From an uncultured Gemmatimonadaceae bacterium (GTDB taxonomy: Bacteria; Gemmatimonadota; Gemmatimonadetes; Gemmatimonadales; Gemmatimonadaceae): a stretch of 64,000 nucleotides of DNA. The notes beneath the pieces were generated by a model, which did no database searches, was not told where the DNA came from, and was given only the letters and a program-made list of their open reading frames with translations. How positions within the stretch are numbered: position 1 is the first letter of the stretch; each line of letters begins with the position of its first letter. The stretch spans positions 3,228,297-3,292,296 of the forward strand of contig OY970320.1 in the NCBI GenBank assembly GCA_963716745.1. The letters are read 5' to 3'. Made by a program: the position numbers and the translations under genes. Of the stretch, positions 33,972-43,679 are shown in pieces.

Positions 33972-34253
33972 CTAGTGATACCCGCCCAGCATGGTCAGCG
34001 CGAGCACGACGATCCCCATGATGAACTGCACGGCGCACCATACCAACCACGTGATGTCGGTGCGCTTGCGCCAGAAGAGCCAGCCGAGTCCCGCGATTAA
34101 GATGCCCGTCACGACGGCGATGAGCAGATATCCCTTGATGTGGTCCGGGAACGCCAACGGGTTCGCACGAATGATGTACGCCGACACGAGATGCCCTGAG
34201 AGGCCGAGCACGAGCAGTGCGACGCCGAGCCAGGCTTTCTGTTTGGTGACCAT
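33972..34253 (-). CDS. Small three-TM membrane protein
   Basis: MVTKQKAWLG...; three hydrophobic segments; co-oriented with PadR. Confidence 0.65.
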   Translation of the reverse strand: MVTKQKAWLGVALLVLGLSGHLVSAYIIRANPLAFPDHIKGYLLIAVVTGILIAGLGWLFWRKRTDITWLVWCAVQFIMGIVVLALTMLGGYH

Positions 34254-34260
34254 GTGCGGC

Positions 34261-34854
34261 TCAGCCGACCGCGTCGAGTTCCGACGCCGCGCGCCGCAGG
34301 ATCTCGGCGATCTTCGCGATCTGCTCCGGCGTCGCGCCACCTTTCATCACAATGCGCGCATAGGCGCGGCCGAGTTGGCCCATCGCTTCGTGCGCGGCGA
34401 TCATCGGACGCCCGCCGAAGAGCGATTCACCGAACTGCACGAGACGCTCGAGCACATCGTCTACCGTGGTACGGTTCTCGGCGAGGTACTTCCGGCCTTC
34501 GTCCGTGATGGCGTAGACCTTCTTGCCGGAATCCTCGAGCGTGGCCTTGGCGTAATCCATCTCTTCGAGGAGGCTGAGGGTGGGGTACACCGTACCCGGG
34601 CTGGGCGAGTAGCCGCCGCCCGACTTCTCCTCGAGGGCCTTGATGATGTCATAGCCGTGGCGCGGCTTCTCATCGAGCAGCTGCAGGATGACGAGCTTGA
34701 GATCGCCCTGGTCGAACATTCGGGCGCCGCGCCGGAATCCGCGGCCGCGTCCCGGCCCGAAGGCGAAGGCCGCGAAGCCGGAATCGCCGAACCAGTCGTG
34801 CCGGCCGTGACGATGGCGGTGGTGGTGGGAGGATCCGCAATCATGCCATATCAT
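34261..34854 (-). CDS. PadR-family regulator with His-rich N-terminus (YqjI-like)
   Basis: GDLKLVILQLLDEKPRHGYDII...SPGTVYPTL..LEE...KKVYAITDEG. Confidence 0.93.
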   Translation of the reverse strand: MIWHDCGSSHHHRHRHGRHDWFGDSGFAAFAFGPGRGRGFRRGARMFDQGDLKLVILQLLDEKPRHGYDIIKALEEKSGGGYSPSPGTVYPTLSLLEEMDYAKATLEDSGKKVYAITDEGRKYLAENRTTVDDVLERLVQFGESLFGGRPMIAAHEAMGQLGRAYARIVMKGGATPEQIAKIAEILRRAASELDAVG

Positions 34855-34864
34855 AGTAGGACTC

Positions 34865-34900
34865 CAAGATAGTACTAAGTTATATCTTAGTATATCTTAG
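34865..34900. promoter_or_regulatory. Putative PadR auto-operator
   Basis: AT-rich CTAAGTTATATCTTAG near-palindrome plus tandem TATATCTTAG x2 just upstream of padR. Confidence 0.6.
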
Positions 34901-34943
34901 GAATCCGTGGCGTCAAGGGGCGTGGCGAGGGAGGAACCGGCCG

Positions 34944-35969
34944 TCAGAATCCCAAGAGAGACCCGCGATCCGTGCAGCCCCGCGCTTTGTTCGAGTATTC
35001 GCTTTGGATCTGGTACTGGTGGGAGCCCATGGTCTCGTTGTTGTCGAACACGAAACACAGGTCGGCCATCTCATTTCCCGTGAGCACGTTGAACCAGGCG
35101 TTGAGGTCGGGGTCGGACGACGCCTCGAAGAACTCATGCGAGAGCGTTGACGCTGTCGCGTCGATCGTGCCATGCGGACTCAAGCGCGGATTCTGGCAGC
35201 CATCCACTCCCTGGTAGGGCTCCACGGTGTACACGACGTGCACACCGCCCCCGAAGGTGATCGACCCGTGAAACGCACAGAAGAAGAAGCTCTGCGGCGA
35301 GTCCGGCGAATAGCAATCGCCAGGCTGTTGGCACATGTCCACGCCCTGCGGCAGGAAGACGTGGTAGATGTTCGCGTAGCCGCTCCGGCCGGTCACTGTC
35401 ACCGCCTGAAACAGGAGGTTGTCGAGCTCGCCTTGGGTCAGCACGTTGTTGTCGCCGGCAATGTTCGGGTCGACGGCCAGGAGCGAGTCGACGCTCCATT
35501 TGCCGGTCACGTGCGCTCCCACGTACTGATCGAGTACGGAGATGATCTGGCTGCTGTTCAGGTCTCTGAGAAAGTCGGACGGTCCTGTTGCGCCCGAACC
35601 CCAGCAGGAAATGGAACTCCCACCGCAATTGACGAATACCGCCCAATTGGTGCCGCCGGTGAGCACGGGTCCGCCGAAGTTCGAGAGATCCCACGGCGAG
35701 TTGAACGAGGTCGCCGATGCGTTGGAGCCGTCGCGCTGGCGAGAATCGGACGGAGGGAATACCGTCCGACGCGCGATGGTGGGCCACGCGCGTCCAACGG
35801 TCTCGAGAGCGGCAGCGGCGGTGCGCCCTCCATCGGGCGCGACCGTAAGGCGCAGCACCTGTGCGGGCGGCGCGACGGAGGTGGGCGCGTCAGCGCCGCA
35901 GGCACCGGCCGCAATGCTCAGCACTGTCACCAGGATCGCGGGTGATACTCTGACGTTCGACGTCGCCAT
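34944..35969 (-). CDS. Secreted or lipoprotein with a Phi-1/EXORDIUM-like domain
   Basis: FCAFHGS, STLSHEFFEASSDP, GNEMADLC; N-terminal hydrophobic stretch with Cys. Confidence 0.6.
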   Translation of the reverse strand: MATSNVRVSPAILVTVLSIAAGACGADAPTSVAPPAQVLRLTVAPDGGRTAAAALETVGRAWPTIARRTVFPPSDSRQRDGSNASATSFNSPWDLSNFGGPVLTGGTNWAVFVNCGGSSISCWGSGATGPSDFLRDLNSSQIISVLDQYVGAHVTGKWSVDSLLAVDPNIAGDNNVLTQGELDNLLFQAVTVTGRSGYANIYHVFLPQGVDMCQQPGDCYSPDSPQSFFFCAFHGSITFGGGVHVVYTVEPYQGVDGCQNPRLSPHGTIDATASTLSHEFFEASSDPDLNAWFNVLTGNEMADLCFVFDNNETMGSHQYQIQSEYSNKARGCTDRGSLLGF

Positions 35970-36159
35970 TTGATCCTCGCACGGAGAGGGAATAGTTGCG
36001 GCAGGCGCGCCGAATGATACCCCACAGCGGCACCTCGGGTCACTTTCGCGCGACCAGATCCCAGCTCTCCTCCGAGCCTGGCGGCTTGGTAAACGGGGGC
36101 GACCCCGGTACACATCCGGGGCCGGCACGTATGACCTCAACTTCCCAGGGGGATCCGAG

Positions 36160-36534
36160 ATGTCTCCTACTTCGAAGAACGGAAAGATCTGCTACCTCGA
36201 GCTTCCCGCGACCGACGTGCGTCGGTCAGCTGAGTTCTACCGCACGGTGTTCGGGTGGAACATGCGCGCGCGTGGCGACGGCGCGACGGCGTTCGACGAC
36301 ACGACCGGTGAAGTGAGTGGCGCGTTCGTCACCGGACGGGCACCGGCGTCGAGTCCGGGCCTCCTCCTCTATATCATGGTGAGCGATGCGCAGGCGGCGG
36401 TCGCTCTCGTCAAATCGGCCGGCGGCGAGATCGTTCAGCCCATCGGCGTGGACGCGCCCGAGATCACGGCGCGATTCCGCGACCCGGGCGGGAACATCAT
36501 CGGCTTGTACCAGGAACCGAAACCGAAGAGCTAG
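36160..36534 (+). CDS. VOC/glyoxalase family protein
   Basis: ICYLELPATD..RSAEFY..VFGW; FRDPGGNIIGL. Confidence 0.9.
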   Translation: MSPTSKNGKICYLELPATDVRRSAEFYRTVFGWNMRARGDGATAFDDTTGEVSGAFVTGRAPASSPGLLLYIMVSDAQAAVALVKSAGGEIVQPIGVDAPEITARFRDPGGNIIGLYQEPKPKS

Positions 36535-37584
36535 AGATGTGGCGGCTTGACCACTGACGGCGGCGGCGCTGGCGGCGGCGCTGGCGGCGGCGCTGGCGGC
36601 GCTGGTGGCGGCGGGTGGTGGCGGGTGAAACTCCACGCGTGGCGGATCGAACCGCGAGGTTGGCGGTGGCGCGGCAGGCGGCGCCGGCGGCGGCGACGCC
36701 GGCGCTGGATGTGGGAACGAATTGATCAGCGGCGGCGCGGGGCGCGGTGCCACCGGCGCCGGAGTCATGGCGCTCGGCGCAGCCGCGATCCGCGGCGGAT
36801 CGGGATACGGGTAACGAGGTGCAGTAGCCGGACCACCGAGATTCAATGGCGGCGCGGGTGGTGGCGGCGGTGACGTCGCCGAAGGAGGCGGCGGAAGGTC
36901 GACCGGCGTCTGCGGATCGATGCAGCCGCCACACACGTACACGCCGCCACCCGGCACGTCGCACGCATAGCCCGGGCCGCAGTCGGTGTTCGAGATGTCC
37001 GTTGTCACGAGCGGTGCTGGCGCCGTCACGATGCTCGCGACATCATTCGCTCCAAGAACTTCATACTGCACGAGGTCATCCTCGAACGCTCCACCGCTCA
37101 TGCGCTCGGCGACCGCCTGGAGCGCGGGCTCAGGATCCGCGGCGATGCGGGTCGAGTCGTCGCTGCCGAGCATCCACTTGCCGCGGCGCGTGAACGCTGC
37201 GAATTGGAACGGCACGCGCGAATACGCGGCGTAGACGAGTCCAGCGCCGGCCGAGCCATTCACCTCGAACGAATAATTGCCGTGTGCACTATAGACGCCC
37301 ATGTCGCCGCCGCGAACGAACGCGTCGGCGCCGGGCGATGCGGGGAAGATCACGTGCGCGACGCGGTCGGCATCCATCTGCAGCACCACGACGTACCCGT
37401 CTTCACGGGTCGCGACGAGTACCGTCGCGCGATCACCGGGATCGTAGCGGTCGCGGTCCAGATACAGTCGTATTGCCGGCGGCTTATCACTCGAGTCGGC
37501 GGGCACTTGCGCCGCCGCTGACGGAGCGGCTGCGCCAAGCGTGATCGTCACGAGCACTGCGTTCAGCACGCGATGCGACATCAT
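36531..37584 (-). CDS. Secreted DUF4384-domain protein with Pro-rich tail; probable frameshift near 36615
   Basis: YDPGDRATVLV.TREDGYVVVL...FP; an alternate frame ends PPPAPPP..VKPPHL* at 36531, abutting the VOC stop. Confidence 0.7.
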
Positions 37585-37757
37585 TCCTCCGGGCACGAGC
37601 GCCGGTGCGGTCCCCTGCGTTGCACTGTGCTCCCATTCATGCTACGGCGACCGCTCGGGATTCGTTGGGGGCGTGGCGCTTCTGTTTACCAATGGTCACT
37701 GGTATTCGCGGGGTGACTGGTTAAGAATTCGGGACGCTCCGAACGGAGACACCCCCA

Positions 37758-38897
37758 GTGACCGCTTCGAACAGTAGAACCCGCGCGCGCGCCCGCGCCG
37801 CGGTGGTGGTCCTCTTCGCGGCACTCGCCGCCTGCGGAAAGAAAGGCGGTGCGTTCGCCTTTCCGCCCGCCGACGTGACGTTCGTCACAGTGCAACCCGG
37901 CGCCGTCGCCCAGCCCATCGAATTCAGCGGGCAGGTGGTGGCGTACCGCCGCGTGGAGGTGCGCTCGCGCGTGGACGGGATCATCGAATCGCGCGATTTC
38001 ACGGAAGGCGCGGTGGTCGAGCCCGGGCAGCTCCTGTACCAGATCGAACGCACGCGCTTCGACGCCGCGTATCGCAGCGCCAAGGCGCGCTTCGACAACG
38101 CGCAGCGCACGCTCGCGCGGCTCGAGCCGCTCCTCGCGCGTCACGCGGTGGCGCAGCAGGACGTGGACAACGCGCGCTCCGAGTTCGAGAGCGCGCAGGG
38201 CGCGATGGACCAGGCGAAGAAGGATCTCGACGACACGGAGATCCGCGCGAAGATCGCCGGCCGCGTGGGACGCACGCAGCTCGATGTCGGCGCGCGCGTC
38301 ACCGGTCCCGCCGATCTGCTTACGACGATCGACCGGCTCGATCCCGTGTACGTGACGTTCCGTCCGAGTTCGGACCAGCTCGTGGCATGGCAGCAGGATT
38401 CCGCCGCGCGCGCGATGCTGCGTGCCGGCAGCAAGCTCACGGTGCACGTGCTGCTCCCCGATGGCACCGAGTTGCCGCGCACGGGGCATCTCGATTTCGT
38501 CGCGCCGGCGCTCGACCCGGCCACGGGCACGCAGGAATTCCGCGCGCGGTTCGACAACGCCGATCGCGTGCTCCTGCCCGGTGAATTCGTGCGCGTGCGT
38601 CTCGAGGGACTCGTGCAGCGCGCTGCGATCGCCGTACCGCTGCGCGCGGTGCAGTCGGCGCTGGGCCGCCAATTCGTGTACGTCGTGGGCGCGGGCGACA
38701 CGGCGAGCATGCGCGACGTGAAGCCGGGGCCGTGGGCCGGCAATCTCTGGATCATCGACCAGGGGCTGCGGCCCGGCGATCGCGTGATCGTGGATGGCAT
38801 CCAGAAGGTGGCGCCCGGGCGCCCGGTGCATGCGACGGCGCTCACCGATTCCGCCGCGGTGCCGCACGCCGACACGATGCGCAAGGCGGGCTTGTGA
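37758..38897 (+). CDS. RND periplasmic adaptor lipoprotein (AcrA/MexA-like)
   Basis: LAACGKK lipobox, VEVRSRVDG, LLPGEFVRV, GLRPGDRVIVDG. Confidence 0.93.
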   Translation: MTASNSRTRARARAAVVVLFAALAACGKKGGAFAFPPADVTFVTVQPGAVAQPIEFSGQVVAYRRVEVRSRVDGIIESRDFTEGAVVEPGQLLYQIERTRFDAAYRSAKARFDNAQRTLARLEPLLARHAVAQQDVDNARSEFESAQGAMDQAKKDLDDTEIRAKIAGRVGRTQLDVGARVTGPADLLTTIDRLDPVYVTFRPSSDQLVAWQQDSAARAMLRAGSKLTVHVLLPDGTELPRTGHLDFVAPALDPATGTQEFRARFDNADRVLLPGEFVRVRLEGLVQRAAIAVPLRAVQSALGRQFVYVVGAGDTASMRDVKPGPWAGNLWIIDQGLRPGDRVIVDGIQKVAPGRPVHATALTDSAAVPHADTMRKAGL

Positions 38898-41800
38898 CCA
38901 CGCCGGCACCGAGCGGCGCCGGCGAGGGCGCGCCGGAGATCCGCTACTTCTTCATCCGGCGTCCCGTGCTCGCCGGCGTGCTCTCGATCATCATCACGCT
39001 GCTCGGCCTCTTCGCGATCCGGCTGCTGCCGATCTCGCGCTATCCGCAGATCACGCCGCCGGGCGTGCAGGTGAGTGCCGTGTACCCGGGCGCCACCGCG
39101 CAGGACGTGGCCGACGCCGTCGCCGCGCCGATCGAGCAGCAGCTGCCGGGTCTGCAAGGACTGATGTACTACTCGTCGGCGAACGCGAGCGACGGCACGA
39201 TGGGGCTGCAGATCACCTTCGATGTGACGCGCAGCCAGGATCTTGCCGCGGTGGACGTGCAGAACGCGGTGCAGGTGGCGGTGCCGCAGCTGCCCGATGC
39301 CGTGCGGCAGAACGGCGTCACGATCCTCAAGGCCAACACCGACATCCTGGCCGTCGCCGCGCTCACGTCGAGCGATGGGCGCTACGATGCGCCGTATCTC
39401 ACGAACTACCTCAAGCTCTACCTCGAGGACGAGCTCAAGCGCGTGCCCGGCATCGGCAACGCGCAGACGTTCCCGAGTCTGCAGTTCTCGATGCTGCTGC
39501 AGCTCGATCCGGCGCGCATGTCCAAGCTCCGCGTCACGGTGGGCGATGTCGCCTCGGCGGTGCGCGAACAGAACACGACGAATCCCGCGGGGCGGCTCGG
39601 GCGCGAGCCGGCGCCCGTCGGCACCGAGATGACGATCCCGATCACCGCGCAGGGGCGGCTGCAGACGCCCGCGCAGTTCGACGACATCGTCGTGCGCGCC
39701 AATCCCGATGGGTCGGAGGTGCGCGTGAGCGACGTGGGCCACGCGAAGCTCGGCGCGCTGTCGTACGATTTCGCCGCGCGTCTCAACGGGAAGCCCGCGG
39801 CGTTCGTGCTGCTCTTCATGCGGCCCGGCGCGAATGCGATCGCAGGTGCGCGACGCCGTGGAGAAGCGGCTCGCCGAGTTGAGCAAGGCGTTCCCGCCCG
39901 GCATCCACTACAGCATTCCCTTCGACACGACGCCCTTCGTCACGGCGAGCGTAAAGGAAGTGGTGTTCACGCTGCTCGAGGCGATGGCGCTCGTGGCGCT
40001 CGTGGTGTTCGTCTTCCTGCAGAGCTGGCGCGCGACGCTCATTCCGCTGCTCGCGGTGCCGGTGAGCGTCATCGGCACATTCCTCGGATTGTTCATCCTG
40101 GGGTTCTCGATCAACGTGCTGACGCTGTTCGCGCTCGTGCTCGCGATCGGCATCGTGGTGGATGACGCGATCGTCGTGATCGAGAACGTCGAACGCATCA
40201 TGGTCACCGAGCACGTATCGGCGCGCGTCGCGGCCGACCGCGCCATCCGTCAGGTGGCGGGCGCGCTGGTGGCGATCGTCCTCTCGCTCGTGGCGGTGTT
40301 CCTGCCGGTGGCGTTCACCGGCGGTGTGACGGGCGCGATGTTCAAGCAGTTCGCGATCACGATCGCGATCGCGGTGGTGCTCTCGGGGCTGGTGGCGCTC
40401 ACGCTCACGCCCGCGCTCTGCGCGCTGCTGCTCAAGGAGACGGTCGAGACGCATACGACTGGGCCGTTCGGCGCATTCAACCGCGGCTTCGCGCGCTTCT
40501 CCGAGCGCTACGCCGGCGCGGTGGACAGCGTGCTCGGCCGGCCGCGCGCCTGGCTCGCCGCCGTGGTGGTGATCATCGGGCTCGCGGCGATCCTGTGGCG
40601 CGTCGTGCCGAGCGCGTTCATCCCCACCGAGGACAAGGGCTACTTCGCGATCGCGGTGCAGCTGCCCGACGCGGCGTCGCTCCAGCGCACCACCGCCGTG
40701 GTGGAGCGCGTGGAAGGATTCCTGCGGCAGGATTCCGCCGTGCAGAATATCGTGGCGCTCGCCGGCTTCGACATCCTCAGCCGCGCGAGCCAGCCGAACA
40801 GCGCCACGATCTTCGTGAACGTGAAGAACTGGGACGAGCGCAACAAGCAGGAATCGGTCGACGCGATCACGGGGCGGCTGAACGGCAAGTTATTCGGAAT
40901 GAAGGAAGCCGTCGGCTTCTCGTTCAACCTGCCCGAGATCCCGGGGCTCGGCGCGTCGTCGGGCGTCGAGGCGAATCTGCAGAACATCGGCGGGCTCTCG
41001 GTGCAGGACTTCGCCACGCAGGTGCAAGCATTCTCCGCCGCGGCGAACCAGCTGCCGGCGGTGGCGGGCGTGAACGCGAACTTCCGCGCGAACGTGCCGC
41101 AACTGTACGTAGACGTGGACCGCGCGGCCGCCAAGGCGCGCGGCGTGGCGCTCGGCGACGTGTTCGGTACGCTGCAGGCGCTGATGTCCACGCTGTACGT
41201 GAACGATTTCAACTTGTACGGCAAGACGTACCGCGTGCAGATCGAAGCGCAGGCGCCGTACCGCCAGCGCCCGCAGGACCTCGACCAGCTCTACGTGCGC
41301 GGCAAGGATGATGTGATGCTGCCCATCTCGACGTTCATTCGCGCGGATTTCCGCAGCGGACCCACGCTGCATCACGCGCTTCAACGGATTCATGTCGGCG
41401 CTGGTGACCGGCGCGCCCAAGGAAGGACACAGTTCGGGCGAGATGATGAACGAGCTCGATGAACTCGTGCGCACGAAGTTCGCGCCCGTGGGACTCGCGG
41501 TGGCGTACTCGGGGCAGTCGTACCAGGAGCGCGCGTCGAGCGGTGCGGCGGGCACGGTGTTCGCGCTCGGCCTCGTGATCGTGTTCCTCGTGCTCGCGGC
41601 GCAATACGAGAGCTGGTCGCTGCCGTTCGCCGTGCTGCTCGGTGTTCCGTTCGGCGTACTCGGCGCGTTCCTGGGCATCTGGCTGCGCGGGCAGCCTAAT
41701 GACATTTACGTGCAAGTGGGACTGCTCACCGTGGTAGGGCTCGCGGCCAAGAACGCGATCCTCATCGTGGAGTTCGCCACCGAGCTGCGCGCGCAGGGAT

Positions 41801-42054
41801 TGTCGATCAGAGACGCAGCGCTCCAGTCGGCGCGCGAGCGGCTGCGTCCCATTCTCATGACGTCATTCGCGTTCATTTTGGGCGTGTCGCCGCTGCTGAT
41901 CGCAAGCGGCGCCGGCGCGGCGAGCCGTCACTCGATCGGCACCACCGTGTTCGCCGGTATGCTGATCGCGACATCGATCGGGATCTTCTTCATCCCGCTC
42001 TTCTTCTGGATGATCCGAAGCCTCGCGGAGCGGGGCAGTGCGGGGAGCGCATGA
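38894..42054 (+). CDS. HAE1 RND efflux permease; frameshifts near 39840 and 41370
   Basis: FFIRRPV, GIVVDDAIVVIENV, AAKNAILIVEF, RLRPILMTS. Confidence 0.92.
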
Positions 42055-43541
42055 GCGCGCGCGCCGTTGCGGCCGCGCTGATCGCGGCACTTTGCGCGTG
42101 CGCAGTGGGGCCGGACTACGAGCCGCAGCCCCCGGTGCCGCCGACCACGCAGGTTGGCACGCCGCGCGGGCCCGATTCGATCACGAAGTTCTACGATTCG
42201 CTGGCCGCCGCGCGTGCCATGGACTCATCGGTCACGGCACAGGTGCCCACGGCGCACACGGTGCTCGCGACGCAGATCGCGGATCTCGCGTGGCTCGACA
42301 TCCTGAACGACACGATCCTCGTGCGACTCGTCGAGACCGCCATACACCAGAACCGCGATCTCGCGGTGGCGCGGGCGCGCATTACCGAGTTCCGCGCCGA
42401 GGCGGGTGTCGCGGCGGCGCCGTTGTATCCGAACATCTCGATCAATGCGTCGGCGAGCACGAATCGCATCGCGCTGCCGAACCTGACGTACGAGGCGTAT
42501 CGCGCCACCGGCGATCTCGCCTGGGAGCTCGACTTCTGGGGGAAGACGCGGCGCGGCGTGCAGGCCGCGAAGGCCGATCTCGCCGCGCAGGATGAGTTCG
42601 CGCGCGCCGCGGTGCTCTCGCTCGTCAGCGACGTCGCGACCGCGTACCTCACGCTGCTCGAACTCGACCAGGAACGCGCGATCTCGGAGCAGACGCTCGC
42701 GACGCGCCGCGCAACGCTCGACCTTGCGCGCCAGCGCTATGAGAACGGCGTCACGAGTGAGATCGATGTGCGCGCCTTCGAGGCGCAGGTGGCCGTGCCG
42801 GCGGCGCGGCTCGCGCAGGTGCAGCAACTGCGCGCCCAGCAGGAACATCTGTTGAGCGTTCTGATGGGTGACGCGAACGCCGTGATCCCGCACGGCACGC
42901 TGCTTACGCTGGCCTCGCGCACGGTGATCATCCCGGATTCGCTCCCGTCCACGCTGCTGTCACGGCGCCCCGATGTGAAGGCGGCCGAGCGGCAGTATGC
43001 GGCCGCGATGGCGCGCATCGGCGTGGCGGACGCGGCGAGGTATCCGGCGTTCTCGATCGTGGCGTCGTACGGCCAGCAATCCACGACCGTGGGGCAGATC
43101 TTCGCACCCGGGAACAACGTGTACGTGCTGCAGGGCGGGCTGTCGTTCCCACTCTATACGGGTGGGCAGCTGAGCGAAGAGGTGCGCGCCGCGCGCGCGC
43201 GGGCGCAGCAGGCGCAGGCGGCGTACGAGCAAGTGTCGCTCACCGCATTGCAGGAAGCGGGCGACGCACTCGCCGGCGTCCGATCCGCGCGAGAGCAGGC
43301 CGCCGCGCAGGAGACGCAGACCGTGGCATTGCGCCGCGCGCTCGTGCTCGCGCAGGACCGGTACACGGGCGGCGTGTCCGGATTCCTCGAGGTGCTCGAG
43401 GCGCAACGCGGGCTATTCGATGCGGAGGTGGCGTTGAGCCAATCGCAGCTCGCGGAGATGGTCGCGGCAGTTCAGCTCTACAAAGCACTCGGCGGGAGCT
43501 GGGCGGACTCCCTAACCTCTACAGGCGTTCATAGGCCTTAG
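42051..43541 (+). CDS. Outer-membrane efflux factor lipoprotein (OprM/NodT-like)
   Basis: CAVGPDY, WELDFWG, LLSRRPDV.AAE, LYKALGGSW. Confidence 0.93.
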   Translation: MSARAVAAALIAALCACAVGPDYEPQPPVPPTTQVGTPRGPDSITKFYDSLAAARAMDSSVTAQVPTAHTVLATQIADLAWLDILNDTILVRLVETAIHQNRDLAVARARITEFRAEAGVAAAPLYPNISINASASTNRIALPNLTYEAYRATGDLAWELDFWGKTRRGVQAAKADLAAQDEFARAAVLSLVSDVATAYLTLLELDQERAISEQTLATRRATLDLARQRYENGVTSEIDVRAFEAQVAVPAARLAQVQQLRAQQEHLLSVLMGDANAVIPHGTLLTLASRTVIIPDSLPSTLLSRRPDVKAAERQYAAAMARIGVADAARYPAFSIVASYGQQSTTVGQIFAPGNNVYVLQGGLSFPLYTGGQLSEEVRAARARAQQAQAAYEQVSLTALQEAGDALAGVRSAREQAAAQETQTVALRRALVLAQDRYTGGVSGFLEVLEAQRGLFDAEVALSQSQLAEMVAAVQLYKALGGSWADSLTSTGVHRP

Positions 43542-43678
43542 TACCGCTGAAACTGCGCGTTTAGCAACTGAGCGTATGGTACCACGAGGCGGGAGTGGGG
43601 AGGCCACTCGCGCCCTGCCGTACCATACGCTCACTTGCTAAACGCGCTTCTCAAGCGGTACCAGGGTCTACATGCGCC
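43524..43678. repeat. Long palindromic element, copy 4; overlaps the OMF stop codon
   Basis: TAGGCCTTAGTACCGCTGAAACTGCGCGTTTAGCAACTGAGCGTATGGTAC ... GTACCATACGCTCACTTGCTAAACGCGC. Confidence 0.93.
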
Positions 43679-43679
43679 C

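Noticed and set aside
36226..36534. 300-bp antisense overlap of the DUF4384 ORF with the VOC gene
   Set aside because: An alternate frame gives a Pro-rich end stopping at 36531, so the overlap is probably an indel artefact
26680..43678. Palindromic elements as integron attC sites or a CRISPR array
   Set aside because: No consistent RYYYAAC..GTTRRRY ends, no integrase or cas genes, copies kilobases apart, and the flanking genes are ordinary operon members
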